Shown piece by piece: positions 13,023-14,280 of a stretch of 14,280 nucleotides of DNA. Origin of the DNA: Candidatus Heimdallarchaeota archaeon (lineage in GTDB: Archaea; Asgardarchaeota; Heimdallarchaeia; Hodarchaeales; Hodarchaeaceae). Position 1 is the stretch's first letter. Each line of letters starts with the position of its first letter. Position numbers and translations under genes: made by a program. The notes beneath the pieces were generated by a model. The model saw nothing but the letters and a program-made list of their open reading frames with translations. It was not told the DNA's origin and did not search any database. Location: the NCBI GenBank assembly GCA_019057635.1, contig DXJL01000117.1:1-14280 (forward strand), given 5' to 3'.

Positions 13023-14280
13023 ATACCTAACAATTATATGGGATGCGGAAACACCAGCCGCAGCAGAAGTCCCGTGGGATAATTGTCTCTTAGTAGTTCA
13101 AGGATCAGAGGCTAGTTTAGCAGATACAACTGTTTACGCTACTACAGCTGATGATTGGAGCACCATTCTAGCGGCCGCAGGGTTCGGAGCATCAAGTCAA
13201 GCATATGAATCAACTGCGCAATTTTACTCTGCAACACCAACACCAGGTTCAACATTGTATATTTTAGCAATGGTAAGTGGTTCAGTTGATATTTACGAAA
13301 ATGTACCCTTACAAAAGATTACTGATTATATCTATGAAACTCCTATTAAACCTCCTTTAGGATGGTATGGAGCAGAAAGAGTTAGATATTATCCAGATTC
13401 TTCATTAACTGGATTTTGGTACAATAACGCAGATGGAAGCGTAGGAATGGGATTTACACAATTAACAGACGGAGCAGGAGAATGGAATGGACAACTGAAT
13501 TTTCTTAATGGATTATCAGGGGTTACAATCGATGTTCCTCCAGCAGAAGGATGTAAAGTAACAGCTTCATTCAGAATTGGTAGTTCAACAGCAAGTCTAA
13601 GCGAAACAATCGAAACTTTCGCAGTAAACATGATGGCAGTAGCATACGAAAATACTAGGACTAAGTTAAATTATGTTAGTCCTAATACTTACTTTGGTAC
13701 TCAATCCGACGATCTTATGAGATTTACTAACGCAATCGCAGGGAAAAACTGTATTTTATTCTATGCCCTACCAGGCAATACAGATGTGCAAACATCAGGA
13801 ATAGGATATAGCGTTTACTGGGATCAGTTAAAAAACTTCATTGGAGCCAGAGAAGATGTCGCATTAATAAAAGCCAAACCAAGCTCTTCAAATCACGATA
13901 TGGCAGCAGGATATTTAGGTATGACGGCAGGAACACATCCTCATACTACAATGACTTTTGCAGTGCCACACATGGGAATTCAAGAAGAAGAAAGTTTAAT
14001 GAAAAGAAGCTATTGGAACGATGGACAAATTGCCACTCCGATGACTCGGAGAGAATTAACTGGCGATCCATACTTAATAAGCCACGGGTTCACATTAGGA
14101 ACTGGATACTCTTCAAGAGTAAACTATGTAAGGTGTAAATATATTATCAGTCAAAATCTTGTTAATGGATTGTGGGCTCTTTTAGCATCCAGAACTGTGA
14201 GAATGTCTTATGCAGGAATGCAATTAGTAAAAGCTAAGATTAGTGGTATTTTTAAAACACTTCAAGACCAAGGAATACAT
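13015..14280 (+). CDS. Tail sheath protein (DUF3383-like), partial, at least 422 aa (not in the ORF track)
   Basis: Open frame from GTG 13015 (GAGAGTGA RBS) to the window end: MGEYLTIIWDAETPAAAEVPWDNCLLV... The C-terminal RVNYVRCKYIISQNLVNGLWALLASRTVRMSYAGMQLVKAKISGIFKTLQDQGI matches the sheath core pattern (I-x-x-x-R, long helix, G-hydrophobic helix, G-I). Confidence 0.82.
   Translation, partial: MGEYLTIIWDAETPAAAEVPWDNCLLVVQGSEASLADTTVYATTADDWSTILAAAGFGASSQAYESTAQFYSATPTPGSTLYILAMVSGSVDIYENVPLQKITDYIYETPIKPPLGWYGAERVRYYPDSSLTGFWYNNADGSVGMGFTQLTDGAGEWNGQLNFLNGLSGVTIDVPPAEGCKVTASFRIGSSTASLSETIETFAVNMMAVAYENTRTKLNYVSPNTYFGTQSDDLMRFTNAIAGKNCILFYALPGNTDVQTSGIGYSVYWDQLKNFIGAREDVALIKAKPSSSNHDMAAGYLGMTAGTHPHTTMTFAVPHMGIQEEESLMKRSYWNDGQIATPMTRRELTGDPYLISHGFTLGTGYSSRVNYVRCKYIISQNLVNGLWALLASRTVRMSYAGMQLVKAKISGIFKTLQDQGIH

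Larger units (their letters stand above)
1..14280. mobile_element. Segment of a tailed dsDNA virus/provirus genome (myovirus-like), probably archaeal
   Basis: Syntenic TerS-TerL-portal-protease-decoration-MCP-adaptor-closure-terminator-sheath module with tightly coupled genes. No cellular housekeeping genes are visible. Confidence 0.93.

Noticed and set aside
5922-13631. - strand ORFs within the structural cluster (5922, 6082, 8140, 9041, 9425, 10508, 12043, 12251, 13389)
   Set aside because: All are antisense to well-supported structural genes, including the sheath ORF missed by the track.
3592-14280. Stop-codon reassignment
   Set aside because: Genes are full length and tightly packed under the standard code, and TAA, TGA and TAG all end genes.

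Overview
Part of a tailed dsDNA virus genome (Caudoviricetes-type, HK97-fold head, contractile tail), probably infecting an archaeon. This host call rests on GGAGGTGA/GGTGA ribosome-binding sites, TATA-like boxes about 25-30 nt upstream of operon starts, and oligo-T tracts. From 3592 to the window end runs a rightward morphogenesis cluster: TerS, TerL with an internal CxxC/CxxC zinc ribbon, portal, neck protein, protease-scaffold, decoration protein, major capsid protein, adaptor, head closure, tail terminator and a truncated DUF3383-like sheath that the ORF track missed. From 1 to 1483 runs a leftward cluster of small orphan ORFs. The most unusual part is the roughly 2 kb control region between them (1490-3590). 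It contains (i) a GTAC/TCGGAGT-rich block; (ii) a sharply bounded 550-bp island with 26 GATC sites, many in 10-12-bp-spaced pairs, overlaid on a 139-aa orphan gene; (iii) three palindromes at an exact 31-bp period; (iv) an imperfect 28-bp inverted repeat bracketing the island and the 31-bp array; and (v) two tandem ribbon-helix-helix genes with a TTCAGA-N10-TCTGAA operator present twice. All product calls come from motifs and synteny read by eye. No database searches were run, and all counts are manual.
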